Below, piece after piece: positions 8,188-17,792 of a DNA stretch of 64,000 bases. The DNA is from a virus. Lineage: Duplodnaviria > Caudoviricetes. A program made the translations under genes and the position numbers. Within the stretch, counting starts at the first letter, position 1; the number at the start of each line of letters is the position of its first letter. The stretch is from the IMG/VR virus record IMGVR_UViG_3300031555_007195, positions 1-64,000 of that record; one strand, given 5' to 3'. The notes beneath the pieces are model-generated. The model did not search any database. It was not told where the DNA came from and saw only the letters and a program-made list of their open reading frames with translations.

Positions 8188-9675
8188 ATGACAAACAAAT
8201 TTTACACAAAAGAGGAAATCGCAAACAACTTAAATGAAAGAAATGTATATGAAGCAGAGATTTTGGAAGTAAGACCTTCAACTATTCTTTTTAAAGTTGT
8301 TGATTCAGATGCCAAAGCACTGGCACATATCAAAGACATATCCGTTGTAAGGTTATCAGATCTTAGAGAAGTATTTCAACCAGGTGAAATCTGGCCTATA
8401 GTCATTAAAGATTGTACAGCGGAAGAAATGGACGGATATACAAGAATTCGCATGACTGCTGCTATGAATCCTATTTTTGGAAATAGAGAGCATGTTATGA
8501 AACAGATGGGGAGCTTACCAATGCAATTACCTATCTGCGAGAACAAAGTTGATTATAATCTCTGCATAGCATTATCGCCCAACTATACAGCTTTGATTGA
8601 AGATAATAAGAGGTTTAATAACAAGGAAAGTGTGCTTGCTTCTATTGCGTTCATTTCGGAACGAGGTAAATTCAGATTGAATATTCATGAAGAAGCAGTA
8701 GAATGTTGTAAAACAAAAAATGAATTGATGAAAGAACTTTTTAATTTGTATAAGATTGATATTTCTAATCTACCTACATACATAGATATTCAAGCTTTTA
8801 GAAATCAGCAGATTGGATTACTTCCAGGGAATGATAATCATACACCATGCGTAAAACCAGATCCTGAATTATCGATTTTAGAACCGGAAAACTGTCGTGT
8901 GTATCCGCAGCACTCCATGTTAAGAGCAACAGAATTTGATACATTTATCAGAGAAATTGCATGCAATGCAAAAATACTGAAAATTCTTGATGTTGCGGAC
9001 AAGCTTTTCTATTACTTCACAGCGGAGCAACTTTTTAATATTTGCAACGATAAAGCAATTAATCATATTTTCATGAATAAGATGAAGTCATTTGAACTAT
9101 TTTCGCACACAAAAATTACATCAGCGAATGGCAAAGCTAATGTATATACAACAGCTAAAAATGCTCGTCATCTTTCAATGCGAGTTATGCCTTTGCGAGA
9201 TCAGGTAACTACAGACGCTAATTGGTTATTGCGTCATTTGTCAATTAACAAAATTCTCTTAAAACTCTATAAAACAGATAATACCATTATTAACACTGTA
9301 GCAAGAAACCATTTTTTTGTAAGTGGAAATGAGAAGTTTCGTGCATTAGCGCTTATTGAAAAAGATAAACTTATTGTCGATTCAATAAGAAGTGAAAATG
9401 ATATAGAAACAATGTTAAGCAAGTTAATCAGAATGGACGCTGTGTTTAATGCTTTAAATGATAAATACACCGTATACATAACAGCACGAACAGAATTCAT
9501 TGAAAATGCTCTTCGTTCCCACTTGGAAAATATTGTTTTTTCGAATATCATAATTAAAACAACAAATGATATATCGTTTGAAAATGATATGGTTATTAAT
9601 GAAGTAGAAACTAAAATCTCCCCAAAGAAAGCGTCTTTTTGGGGTAAAGTAAACTCTTTGATTGCAACATTTTAA
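8188..9675 (+). CDS. S1 RNA-binding-domain protein fused to a wHTH / replication-relaxation-like C-terminal domain
   Basis: N-terminal S1 pattern VYEAEILEV...ALAHIKDIS...LREVFQPGE; C-terminal FTAEQL...VYT...LRHLSINKILLKL resembles the Replic_Relax family; RBS AAAGGAG. Confidence 0.55.
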   Translation: MTNKFYTKEEIANNLNERNVYEAEILEVRPSTILFKVVDSDAKALAHIKDISVVRLSDLREVFQPGEIWPIVIKDCTAEEMDGYTRIRMTAAMNPIFGNREHVMKQMGSLPMQLPICENKVDYNLCIALSPNYTALIEDNKRFNNKESVLASIAFISERGKFRLNIHEEAVECCKTKNELMKELFNLYKIDISNLPTYIDIQAFRNQQIGLLPGNDNHTPCVKPDPELSILEPENCRVYPQHSMLRATEFDTFIREIACNAKILKILDVADKLFYYFTAEQLFNICNDKAINHIFMNKMKSFELFSHTKITSANGKANVYTTAKNARHLSMRVMPLRDQVTTDANWLLRHLSINKILLKLYKTDNTIINTVARNHFFVSGNEKFRALALIEKDKLIVDSIRSENDIETMLSKLIRMDAVFNALNDKYTVYITARTEFIENALRSHLENIVFSNIIIKTTNDISFENDMVINEVETKISPKKASFWGKVNSLIATF

Positions 9676-9757
9676 ATCAAAAAGGAACCGTAACTTCCCG
9701 GAAGACATACCAATCTAAACTTTCGGGAAGTGAGGGTACGTAATGGAGGTGTGTTAT

Positions 9758-10189
9758 TTGTCAAATTATTATATTGCATATGGAATAAATATGAATCAAG
9801 AACATTTTAAATCATTGTGTAAAAATAGCACTTTTATTTCATCTGGGTATTTGTGCGACTATAGACTTGAGTTTAAGACCTTTGCCAACATCGTACATGA
9901 TAAAAACGCTCAAGTTCCCATTGTTGTATGGAAAATCAGTGATGAGGAATTAAAGAAAATCGATTTATATGAAGGTAGTTTATATGAGCGAATTATGATA
10001 CCACTTAATTTAGTTGAGTGTAAAAGTAACTTGACAGGAAATGCTTATGTGTACACAATGACACAAAATGAAAAAAATGTTATATTACCTACCCCACAAA
10101 AATATATTGATACAATTGCAGAAGCATATAAAGTTCTGGATTTCGAACTATTGGCTTTGTATGCTGCGATATATTCTGCTGAAGAATGA
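9758..10189 (+). CDS. Gamma-glutamylcyclotransferase family protein, copy 2
   Basis: YIAYGINM...IDLYEG...AYVYTM; likely TTG start at 9758 after GGAGGTG. Confidence 0.85.
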   Translation: MSNYYIAYGINMNQEHFKSLCKNSTFISSGYLCDYRLEFKTFANIVHDKNAQVPIVVWKISDEELKKIDLYEGSLYERIMIPLNLVECKSNLTGNAYVYTMTQNEKNVILPTPQKYIDTIAEAYKVLDFELLALYAAIYSAEE

Positions 10190-10198
10190 GGTGAGTAG

Positions 10199-10870
10199 GT
10201 GATGATATACGCAATTTCTGATATACATGGGAATAAACAATTATTCGATAAAGTTGTAGAGACAATTAAAACAGATAAAGACTATTATCTATATATTTTG
10301 GGTGATTGTATTGACAGATGCGATAAAGGATTAGAAATTTTAGAAAGCATTTCGAACAATAACGAACGTATGAAACTTATAATTGGCAATCATGAAAAAT
10401 TTCTATTAAACTATATCATCAATGTTAATGATATCGAAAATCGAAACCAATGGGTTTATAATGGAGGATATAAAACATTAAAACAATATGATTCCTGCAA
10501 TTGCGAAAAACAAAAAAACATATTAGAACTTTTACAATCAGCCCCATCAATGATTACTGTTAACGCTAACAAAGAAAAAAACTTTATACTATCTCACTCC
10601 GGAGCTAATTGGAGTGACCTTGTAAATCCAAACTTTGAAGCAAAAAACTGTATTTCGAATCGTATCCATTTTTTAGCATACGAGGACATTCCTGATGGTT
10701 GGTATATGGTCCATGGCCATACTCCAGATAGCAATATTCCTCTCCCGATAATCGGTAACGGTTTTTACAATAACAATCATAAAATTAACCTCGATTGTTC
10801 AACATATATTAGCAACACTGTAAGGTTACTCAACCTGGATACATTAGAAATTCAATTAATAACAGAATAA
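10199..10870 (+). CDS. PPP/ApaH-type metallophosphoesterase, copy 2
   Basis: SDIHG, GDCIDR, GNHE, SHSG, HGHT and NLDC motifs. Confidence 0.88.
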   Translation: MMIYAISDIHGNKQLFDKVVETIKTDKDYYLYILGDCIDRCDKGLEILESISNNNERMKLIIGNHEKFLLNYIINVNDIENRNQWVYNGGYKTLKQYDSCNCEKQKNILELLQSAPSMITVNANKEKNFILSHSGANWSDLVNPNFEAKNCISNRIHFLAYEDIPDGWYMVHGHTPDSNIPLPIIGNGFYNNNHKINLDCSTYISNTVRLLNLDTLEIQLITE

Positions 10871-11029
10871 ATCAAAAAATATCTGTAATATGTCTTTTCG
10901 TCAAATGATTGTTTATAGAGTATGTGATATGATTTATAATGTCAGGAGGAGATAGCGGTAAAAGCACTAATAAGCCGTGTGCGTAACAAGTAGTATTTAT
11001 TAAAATTTAATTTAAAAGGAGATTTTATT

Positions 11030-11353
11030 ATGAAAAAGATTACGAAAACTATAGTAGCGGTGGCAATTTTAGCAACAATGGCAACACAATCGGCTTTTGC
11101 ATATTCACCTATTGAGCAGGCAAAACAATACCTGTGGAAAAATCAAGCTACAACTACTATTTGTGGATGGAGTTGCATGTTTTCTGGAGGTATGCGTTTG
11201 CACCGAAATGCTTGTCCAAATTGCGACAGCCATAGTTACAAGGTGTTATCAGTTGAGAATTGTCAAACAGATCTGCTCTTCGGAAATCATTTGAGATATG
11301 AATTCAGGGAGTGTTCATCTTGCCGAACAAAGTATAAAGGACCTCAATATTAA
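11030..11353 (+). CDS. Secreted cysteine-rich small protein
   Basis: Signal peptide MKKITKTIVAVAILATMATQSAFA; CPNC and CSSC pairs; RBS AAAGGAG; TATAAT upstream near 10935. Confidence 0.7.
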   Translation: MKKITKTIVAVAILATMATQSAFAYSPIEQAKQYLWKNQATTTICGWSCMFSGGMRLHRNACPNCDSHSYKVLSVENCQTDLLFGNHLRYEFRECSSCRTKYKGPQY

Positions 11354-11395
11354 CGTTTCTTGAATAGCCTGTATTTTCAGTTGAAGTAAATAAAT

Positions 11396-11435
11396 GTGTT
11401 ATTTGAATGAGTATACAAACTCATTCAAATAACAC
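11396..11435. repeat. Perfect 17-bp inverted repeat (terminator or operator)
   Basis: GTGTTATTTGAATGAGT-atacaa-ACTCATTCAAATAACAC. Confidence 0.75.
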
Positions 11436-11496
11436 CGTGAAATTGTAAGATTTCAAACATACAAACATTTTTAATTTGAAAGGATATGAATTAATT

Positions 11497-11955
11497 ATGA
11501 AAAGAAAGATTATCGCAGTATTAACAATGACAGTTATGTTGGTTAGTTGTTTATGCATTGGAGCAAACGCAGCCGACTACAGATTAGATTTTGGTCAGGT
11601 ATCAGGTGAAACACGATACTTTTCTGAAGGTCAGAGGGTTCGGATAACAATCAGCCAGAACACCCCGCTTAATTATACCAAGAATTCTGCTGTAGATATT
11701 GCAGCGAGAGGTATATGGAATTTATTCGATTGCAACAAAGATACAAAAGTTGGTATTTCTATAAACGACGAAAGAAACAAATGTCATTTTTATGACGAAG
11801 AAAAAATGAATTGTGACAAGACAAAAACATACGATTTAACGGTGACGGACAGTGGATATTATACATTTGCACTGCGTAACATTACAAGCAGAAAAAGGGA
11901 TAATTCCTATTGGGCTACTATACCCGAATATACAATGACTATAGGTGTTTATTGA
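11497..11955 (+). CDS. Secreted hypothetical protein
   Basis: Signal peptide MKRKIIAVLTMTVMLVSCLCIGANA; beta-rich mature part. Confidence 0.7.
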   Translation: MKRKIIAVLTMTVMLVSCLCIGANAADYRLDFGQVSGETRYFSEGQRVRITISQNTPLNYTKNSAVDIAARGIWNLFDCNKDTKVGISINDERNKCHFYDEEKMNCDKTKTYDLTVTDSGYYTFALRNITSRKRDNSYWATIPEYTMTIGVY

Positions 11956-11969
11956 TTTTAAGTTTACAT

Positions 11970-11997
11970 ACGGAGCGGGGGTTATTAACCGCTCCGT
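11970..11997 (+). terminator. GC-rich hairpin between genes
   Basis: ACGGAGCGG-10 nt-CCGCTCCGT. Confidence 0.55.
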
Positions 11998-12017
11998 AAT
12001 TGCAAAGGAGGATTCTA

Positions 12018-13361
12018 ATGTTAAAAACTATTTTGAAAGAAAACTGGATAAAAGCCATGGTATTTGTTACATTACTTGCTTTATCTTTGACTACAATATA
12101 TTTCGCTGAAATTATTCCTCAGAAAAATTTTTTTGATAAATTATTTAGCGTGGCATTAAGCATTGTGTTTTTATCGGGTGCTCTCATTGGACGATATTTC
12201 GAAGATGATGACCCCAAAGATGCGGACTGTTTGCGTAAATGTACTTCTATATCTGCACTAGTATTCTCTTTACTTCTTTTAGCAGTTCGTTATTTGCACC
12301 AAGTTACCGGGATATCATGGCCTGTACATGTTTTTGTATATGATAAAAATCTGTTTTGTACAGGGTATGTGTTTACCGGTTTATCGTTGCAATATCCTTT
12401 AGCTGCATTGATTTTTGTTGAGATATATTCAGCATTAAAAGATAGGATGAAATTGAGAGAAATTATTTTCTCTGCTTTAGAACTTGTTTGTCTCGGTCTG
12501 ATTGATGGAAAGCTAATGTTCGTGACCGCTACGGTTTTGAGTGTTCTTATTTTCATTAGAAGAGTCAAACTTGAAAAACAAAACGTCATTTTCCTTATTG
12601 CTACTAATGTTTTATCATTTCTAGCTTTGGCTTGGGGACTATATCGACAGGAATACATTGTGAGAACTGACTTCACAACATTGCAAACAATTATAATGAT
12701 GAGCATAATTGTGCTGAACGGTTTGATTTTGACAGTATTAGGATGTCGGAAAAATAAAAGCAACATTAAACTTTTAACTCTTGGAATATTTATGCTTTGG
12801 GGTGTTCTTGTTATCCCCCACATGTGTCTCCTTTTTAATAGTCTACTATGGTTTGTTGTTTTAATTCTTGTTCTTTTGCCAAACGAGGAATATGACAATA
12901 CAATTGATAAATATATTGAAAACTTAATCACCTCTAGATCAAAAAGTATCGATCAAAGAATTTATGAGGCTAATCCTCATGTGACAATCACCGCACGTAC
13001 ATTAGGAGAACTCATCCGTGCGTCGTTAATAGGTTCAAATCACAAATATTCAACTGTAAAAACAGCTTTCAAAGAGTTGGAGTTCAGTAAGTCGGAATCC
13101 AAAATCAATTTTGAGTTGGCAATGATTCGTGCTATACTAGAAGAGGTAGAAGGTAGCCAACGTGCCTCTTCATTTTTTGAAACTGCCCGAAAGCTTTCGA
13201 GAGGCAATGCGGAATTGTATACAGAAGCTTTCTTTAATCGTTCTAATGAAGTTATACAAGAAATCCACGAGGATCTTGATTTGGAGGAAATCGAGGATAC
13301 CGAAAGAATGATTGATGAATACAATTCAATCAGAACAAAACTCAGTAAATTAAAGAGTTAA
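12018..13361 (+). CDS. Polytopic membrane protein with a cytoplasmic helical C-terminal domain
   Basis: Roughly 9-10 hydrophobic segments in the first ~290 aa, then a charged helical tail; RBS AAAGGAGG before ATG 12018. Confidence 0.75.
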   Translation: MLKTILKENWIKAMVFVTLLALSLTTIYFAEIIPQKNFFDKLFSVALSIVFLSGALIGRYFEDDDPKDADCLRKCTSISALVFSLLLLAVRYLHQVTGISWPVHVFVYDKNLFCTGYVFTGLSLQYPLAALIFVEIYSALKDRMKLREIIFSALELVCLGLIDGKLMFVTATVLSVLIFIRRVKLEKQNVIFLIATNVLSFLALAWGLYRQEYIVRTDFTTLQTIIMMSIIVLNGLILTVLGCRKNKSNIKLLTLGIFMLWGVLVIPHMCLLFNSLLWFVVLILVLLPNEEYDNTIDKYIENLITSRSKSIDQRIYEANPHVTITARTLGELIRASLIGSNHKYSTVKTAFKELEFSKSESKINFELAMIRAILEEVEGSQRASSFFETARKLSRGNAELYTEAFFNRSNEVIQEIHEDLDLEEIEDTERMIDEYNSIRTKLSKLKS

Positions 13362-13417
13362 TCGATACAGGGGGTGTTTCTCTAATAAAAAACACACCCT
13401 ATATACAAACAGAAAGG

Positions 13418-14170
13418 ATGAAAATGATGTTAATTGATTTTTTAAACGACTGCAAAGTTTGTATTCCTGAAGAAAAACACGACTTTGATACTGTGAAGCG
13501 TGCGTTGAAAGATAAAGCCTATATAAATTATCTGCCTGCGGTTTGGGATGACCTATATCCTGTACATATCATGGATATGATGGCAGGAAAACACAATTTT
13601 ACAAATGCGTATTTGTGTCCGGTGGGAGCATCTGATTTTTTCGGACTACATCATTTTAATGAAATCTTGAACGATTTCTATGAAAATGATATAATCAAAC
13701 CATCACCATTGTATTATGGCGCAGAGCTAGAAGAAGCCATTCTATTAAAATCAACCACTATACATGTGGAAAGAGAATTTAAAATTGCCGGTTTTTCTCC
13801 AAATGTAATTTATATTAGAATTGCTACTCATAGAGGAAATAAAGCTCACTTGTTTTTAATTGCAGATACTCCCGAGAATAGTTTCAAAGAAATAATAGAA
13901 GATTTTGAAGTTAAAATTCATGTAACCGTCGAGAATCATAAGGGTCTCGGCTCACACTTTGATGGTTTTGAGCTTTATAGGCTATTCGCCGAAAGCAACA
14001 AACATTATCTATTGCCAAAGTACTGGTTTTTCGGAAAATATGCATGGCCAATCAATATGCCCCTTAATAGTGTGTATAAAGCATCTAAGTGTGAAATATA
14101 TGAAGTCCCAAATTGGAGCGAATATACAAAGAAAAAATCAAGGAGAAAGGATAATAATGAAAATGAATAA
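13418..14170 (+). CDS. Hypothetical protein
   Basis: 250-aa ORF with RBS GAAAGG; its 3' end overlaps the pyrH start. Confidence 0.65.
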   Translation: MKMMLIDFLNDCKVCIPEEKHDFDTVKRALKDKAYINYLPAVWDDLYPVHIMDMMAGKHNFTNAYLCPVGASDFFGLHHFNEILNDFYENDIIKPSPLYYGAELEEAILLKSTTIHVEREFKIAGFSPNVIYIRIATHRGNKAHLFLIADTPENSFKEIIEDFEVKIHVTVENHKGLGSHFDGFELYRLFAESNKHYLLPKYWFFGKYAWPINMPLNSVYKASKCEIYEVPNWSEYTKKKSRRKDNNENE

Positions 14171-14861
14171 AAGAATTGTTTTAAAGTTGAGTGGCGAGGC
14201 TCTTGCGGGTAAAACCAAAACTGGCTTGGACAATGAAATGCTAACAAACATTGCCACCGAAATAAAAAAGCTTGTTGATAACAACGTGCAAGTGGCTATT
14301 GTAGTTGGAGGCGGAAACTTCTGGAGAGGAAGAAATGGAGAAGACATGGACAAAACCAAATCTGACCATATAGGTATGCTTGCAACTACAATTAACGGAA
14401 TTGCTCTTGCAAATGCAATGGAAAGGACAGGTTTAGAGGCTGTAGTTCAAAGTAGTATCGATATTCCGATTGCAAAAGTATTCATTAAAGACGATGCTCT
14501 TAAAGCTTTAGAACGCGGAGCAGTAGTAATCCTTACCGGTGGGACAGGAAATGCTTTTTTTACCACTGACACGGCAACTATACTCCGTGCCTTGGAATTG
14601 GAAGCAGATACTGTTTTGCTGGCGAAGAATATAGACGCGGTATATTCCGCTGACCCAAATCAAGATAAAAACGCAATAAGATATACCAATATATCTTATA
14701 AAGAACTCATTGAACAAAAGCTTAAGGTTATAGATACCACAGCTGTTGCTTTAGCACAGGAAAACAAAGTGGTATGTCATCTGTTTTCTCTCAGAAATCC
14801 CGGTAATATTAGTAAAGCTGTTTTCGATAAAGAAGCAATTGGTACTATTATCAGCGAATAA
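14157..14861 (+). CDS. pyrH: UMP kinase
   Basis: RIVLKLSGEALAG, VVGGGNFWRG, DHIGMLAT, GGTGNAFFTTDT, YSADP; start reassigned to ATG 14157. Confidence 0.93.
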   Translation: MKMNKRIVLKLSGEALAGKTKTGLDNEMLTNIATEIKKLVDNNVQVAIVVGGGNFWRGRNGEDMDKTKSDHIGMLATTINGIALANAMERTGLEAVVQSSIDIPIAKVFIKDDALKALERGAVVILTGGTGNAFFTTDTATILRALELEADTVLLAKNIDAVYSADPNQDKNAIRYTNISYKELIEQKLKVIDTTAVALAQENKVVCHLFSLRNPGNISKAVFDKEAIGTIISE

Positions 14862-14871
14862 TAAGACAAGG

Positions 14872-14908
14872 AAGAGATGGAGCGTTGATAAACATTACTC
14901 CATCTCTT
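14872..14908. terminator. Bidirectional terminator-like hairpin between convergent pyrH and the recombinase
   Basis: AAGAGATGGAG ... CTCCATCTCTT inverted repeat. Confidence 0.65.
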
Positions 14909-14913
14909 GTTAT

Positions 14914-16491
14914 TTATAATATTATTTTCTGACCGTTTTTAAATAAAACTGTATATTTTTTGCAGTGTGAAACCTCAACCCTTTCAACAAGTGTTAACCA
15001 GAGTTCCTCATCAAATGAAGTTATAGATTCCGGCTTGTTTCGTAGTGCTTCGATAAAAGTTTGCATTTCACGCTCTTTGTTGATGCGTTCGTTTCTTTCA
15101 GCTGTAGCTATACTCAGCCTTTTCTCGGCTTTTTCATATCTGCGGACAAGACTGTTATATTTCTTTGTGTATGTATCCTGCGACTGTTTTTTTCGTGCGT
15201 TTTCATTTACGCATTGACTTACAAGTTCAGAAACAACCTTTAGCTCTTCGTTGAGACTTTCAATCTCTGCATCAAGTTCGGTGCGGTCACATATCGTTTT
15301 AATCATAAGTTGGCAATCTTCAATTACCTTTGTTTTATTTGCCATTACAATATTGTATGCCTCAACAAAGATTTGATGAATTTCCTCAGTGGTGAGATGC
15401 GGTGTTTTACACTTTTTCTCGTTTTTGAATTTACCGTTGCATTGGTAAATTGTAGCTTTGTATTTATCCTTTGAATGCCAAAGTTTGGCACCATAGAAAC
15501 CACCGCAATCAGCACACACTATTTTTGATGCATATATATTATTTCCGCTGTAAGATTTTCCAAGTTTTTCTCGTCTTGACATTTCTGTCTGAACAATATC
15601 AAACTCTAATTTCGGAATAATAGCCGGATGACTATCTTCTACATAGTACTGTGGAACTTCACCCTCATTAACCTTCATTTTCTTTGTAAGGAAATCAACC
15701 GTGAACTTCTTCTGCAGAAGCGCATCACCTTTATATTTTTCGTTTGTGAGAATACTATGAACCGTAGATTGACTCCACTTTGGTTTCCCGGAAACTGTAG
15801 GAATGCCCAATTTTTCAAGTTCTCGGCAAATGCCACTCGGTGTTTTTCCACCCATAAAGAGCTTGTATATTAGGCGGACGATTTTTGCCTCAGCTTCGTT
15901 TATGACAGGTTTGCCATCTTCACCTTTATCATAACCAAGGAAACGTTTGTAGTTCATTTTAACTTTACCATCGGAGAACCTTTTTCGTTGACCCCAGGTC
16001 ACATTTTCAGAAAGGCTTCGGCTTTCTTCCTGGGCAAGGCTCGACATAATAGTTATGAGAAGTTCGCCTTTAGAATCGAATGTGTATATATTTTCCTTTT
16101 CAAAGAAAACCTCGGTTCCGTTTTCCTTGAGCATACGAACTGTTACAAGGCTATCGACCGTGTTTCTTGCGAAACGGCTGACTGATTTTGTAACAATAAG
16201 GTCTATTTTCCCTGCAAGTGCATCTGCAACCATTTCATTGAAGCCATCGCGGTGTTTTGTGTTAGTACCCGAAATACCCTCATCAGTATAAATCTTTACA
16301 AAAATCCAATCTTCTCTTTGGCTAATGAATTTGGTATAGTAATCAATCTGTGCTTCGTAACTTGTAAACTGTTCGTCACTGTCTGTTGATACACGCGCAT
16401 AAGCGGCGACCTTCCTTTTTGCAACAGATGTTGTGGCAATTGAAGTAAACTTATTTTTTGTTGCCGGTATAACTCTTACAGCTTTACTCAT
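14914..16491 (-). CDS. Large serine recombinase A
   Basis: VAAYARVST, TKSVSRFARN, recombinase domain NEKYKGD, zinc ribbon CADCG...YQCNGK, coiled coil. Confidence 0.92.
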   Translation of the reverse strand: MSKAVRVIPATKNKFTSIATTSVAKRKVAAYARVSTDSDEQFTSYEAQIDYYTKFISQREDWIFVKIYTDEGISGTNTKHRDGFNEMVADALAGKIDLIVTKSVSRFARNTVDSLVTVRMLKENGTEVFFEKENIYTFDSKGELLITIMSSLAQEESRSLSENVTWGQRKRFSDGKVKMNYKRFLGYDKGEDGKPVINEAEAKIVRLIYKLFMGGKTPSGICRELEKLGIPTVSGKPKWSQSTVHSILTNEKYKGDALLQKKFTVDFLTKKMKVNEGEVPQYYVEDSHPAIIPKLEFDIVQTEMSRREKLGKSYSGNNIYASKIVCADCGGFYGAKLWHSKDKYKATIYQCNGKFKNEKKCKTPHLTTEEIHQIFVEAYNIVMANKTKVIEDCQLMIKTICDRTELDAEIESLNEELKVVSELVSQCVNENARKKQSQDTYTKKYNSLVRRYEKAEKRLSIATAERNERINKEREMQTFIEALRNKPESITSFDEELWLTLVERVEVSHCKKYTVLFKNGQKIIL

Positions 16492-17785
16492 GTGTTTTTC
16501 TCCTTTCCAATGTTTTCAGACGAGCCTCTTCCTTCATTTCAGGTGTCCAACTTTCTCTACGTGAACGGTCTTGCCATTCTCTTTCAACAATATGCCCATC
16601 TTTAAAAACAAACTGTAAATGATTTGCTTTCGGAACAATAATTTTTTCAATCAATGTTTCAAACAGCTCTGCGTCAAATTCCGGCAAACCAAGAACTTCC
16701 GCCGATACCGCACACAAAGTTTCATCAGGAATCTGCTTCGATGCACACTCTTTTTTGCCAAGCTTATCGAATGTTGAACATATCCAAACTACTCTGGCTG
16801 TTGTCACTTTCCGTCTGAAATTCTTATTGCAGTTTCCGCATACAATTTTACCTGTAAACGCATATTTCTGAAGTTCTGTTTTCTTTAAATATTTTCTTTT
16901 TCGTCGTTCAAATTCCGTTTGAACTTGGTTGAACATTTCCCTCGAAATAATAGGTTCGTGGTTGTTCTCCACATAATACTGCGGTTTTTCACCATTGTTT
17001 TTCCTTGTCTTTTTTGTTAAATGGTCGGTTCTAAATGATTTTTGCAAAAGTAGATCTCCGATATATTTTTCATTTGATAAAATATATCGAACTTTCTTTT
17101 CTGTCCACCTGCTATTTGTGTTGCTTTTAATGCCGTGCTCATTTAGTTCAGTGGCTATCTTCAATATACCAAAGCCGTCTAAAAATAATCTGTATATCTG
17201 CTTTACAATTTCTGCCTCGTATGGCACAATTTCTAAACCACCATCTGCTGTTCTTTTATATCCGTAAATATTTTGAACTGACATAGGAAGAATACCTTGT
17301 TCAAAGTCGTTATGAATGCGCCACTTTACGTTTTCACTCACCGACAAACTTTCTTCCTGTGCATATGATGCCAAAATTGTGAGCATAAGTTCACCGTCCG
17401 CACTTAATGTGTTAATGTTCTGTTCCTCGAAGAAAATTCCGATACCGAAATTTTTAAGTTCTCTCACAGTTTCAAGTAATGTGACGGTGTTTCGAGCAAA
17501 CCTTGATATGCTCTTGGTAATTACCATATCAATTTTCCCTGCACGGCAATCTGCTATAAGTCGTTGAAAGTCTGCACGATTATCCTTTGTACCGGTAAGA
17601 GCTTCATCAGCATATACACCAACATACTCCCAATCATCGTGGGATTGTATGTAGTCGCTATAGTAACTCACCTGTGCCGACAAAGAATGTAGCATCGCAT
17701 CCTTTCCGTTTGAAACACGGGTATATGCTGCAACATTTTTCTTTTTGTCTAAGCTTGGAATAGCCTTTATTTCGGTAATTCTCAT
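16484..17785 (-). CDS. Large serine recombinase B
   Basis: VAAYTRVS, TKSISRFARN, NEKYIGD, CGNC...WICST; start reassigned to MRITEIK after GGAGGTG. Confidence 0.92.
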   Translation of the reverse strand: MRITEIKAIPSLDKKKNVAAYTRVSNGKDAMLHSLSAQVSYYSDYIQSHDDWEYVGVYADEALTGTKDNRADFQRLIADCRAGKIDMVITKSISRFARNTVTLLETVRELKNFGIGIFFEEQNINTLSADGELMLTILASYAQEESLSVSENVKWRIHNDFEQGILPMSVQNIYGYKRTADGGLEIVPYEAEIVKQIYRLFLDGFGILKIATELNEHGIKSNTNSRWTEKKVRYILSNEKYIGDLLLQKSFRTDHLTKKTRKNNGEKPQYYVENNHEPIISREMFNQVQTEFERRKRKYLKKTELQKYAFTGKIVCGNCNKNFRRKVTTARVVWICSTFDKLGKKECASKQIPDETLCAVSAEVLGLPEFDAELFETLIEKIIVPKANHLQFVFKDGHIVEREWQDRSRRESWTPEMKEEARLKTLERRKTHE

Positions 17786-17792
17786 TGATATA

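Noticed and set aside
14862-14913. Exact attL/attR core of the prophage
   Set aside because: No matching direct repeat could be found by eye near 54.7-55 kb or elsewhere; serine recombinase cores can be very short.
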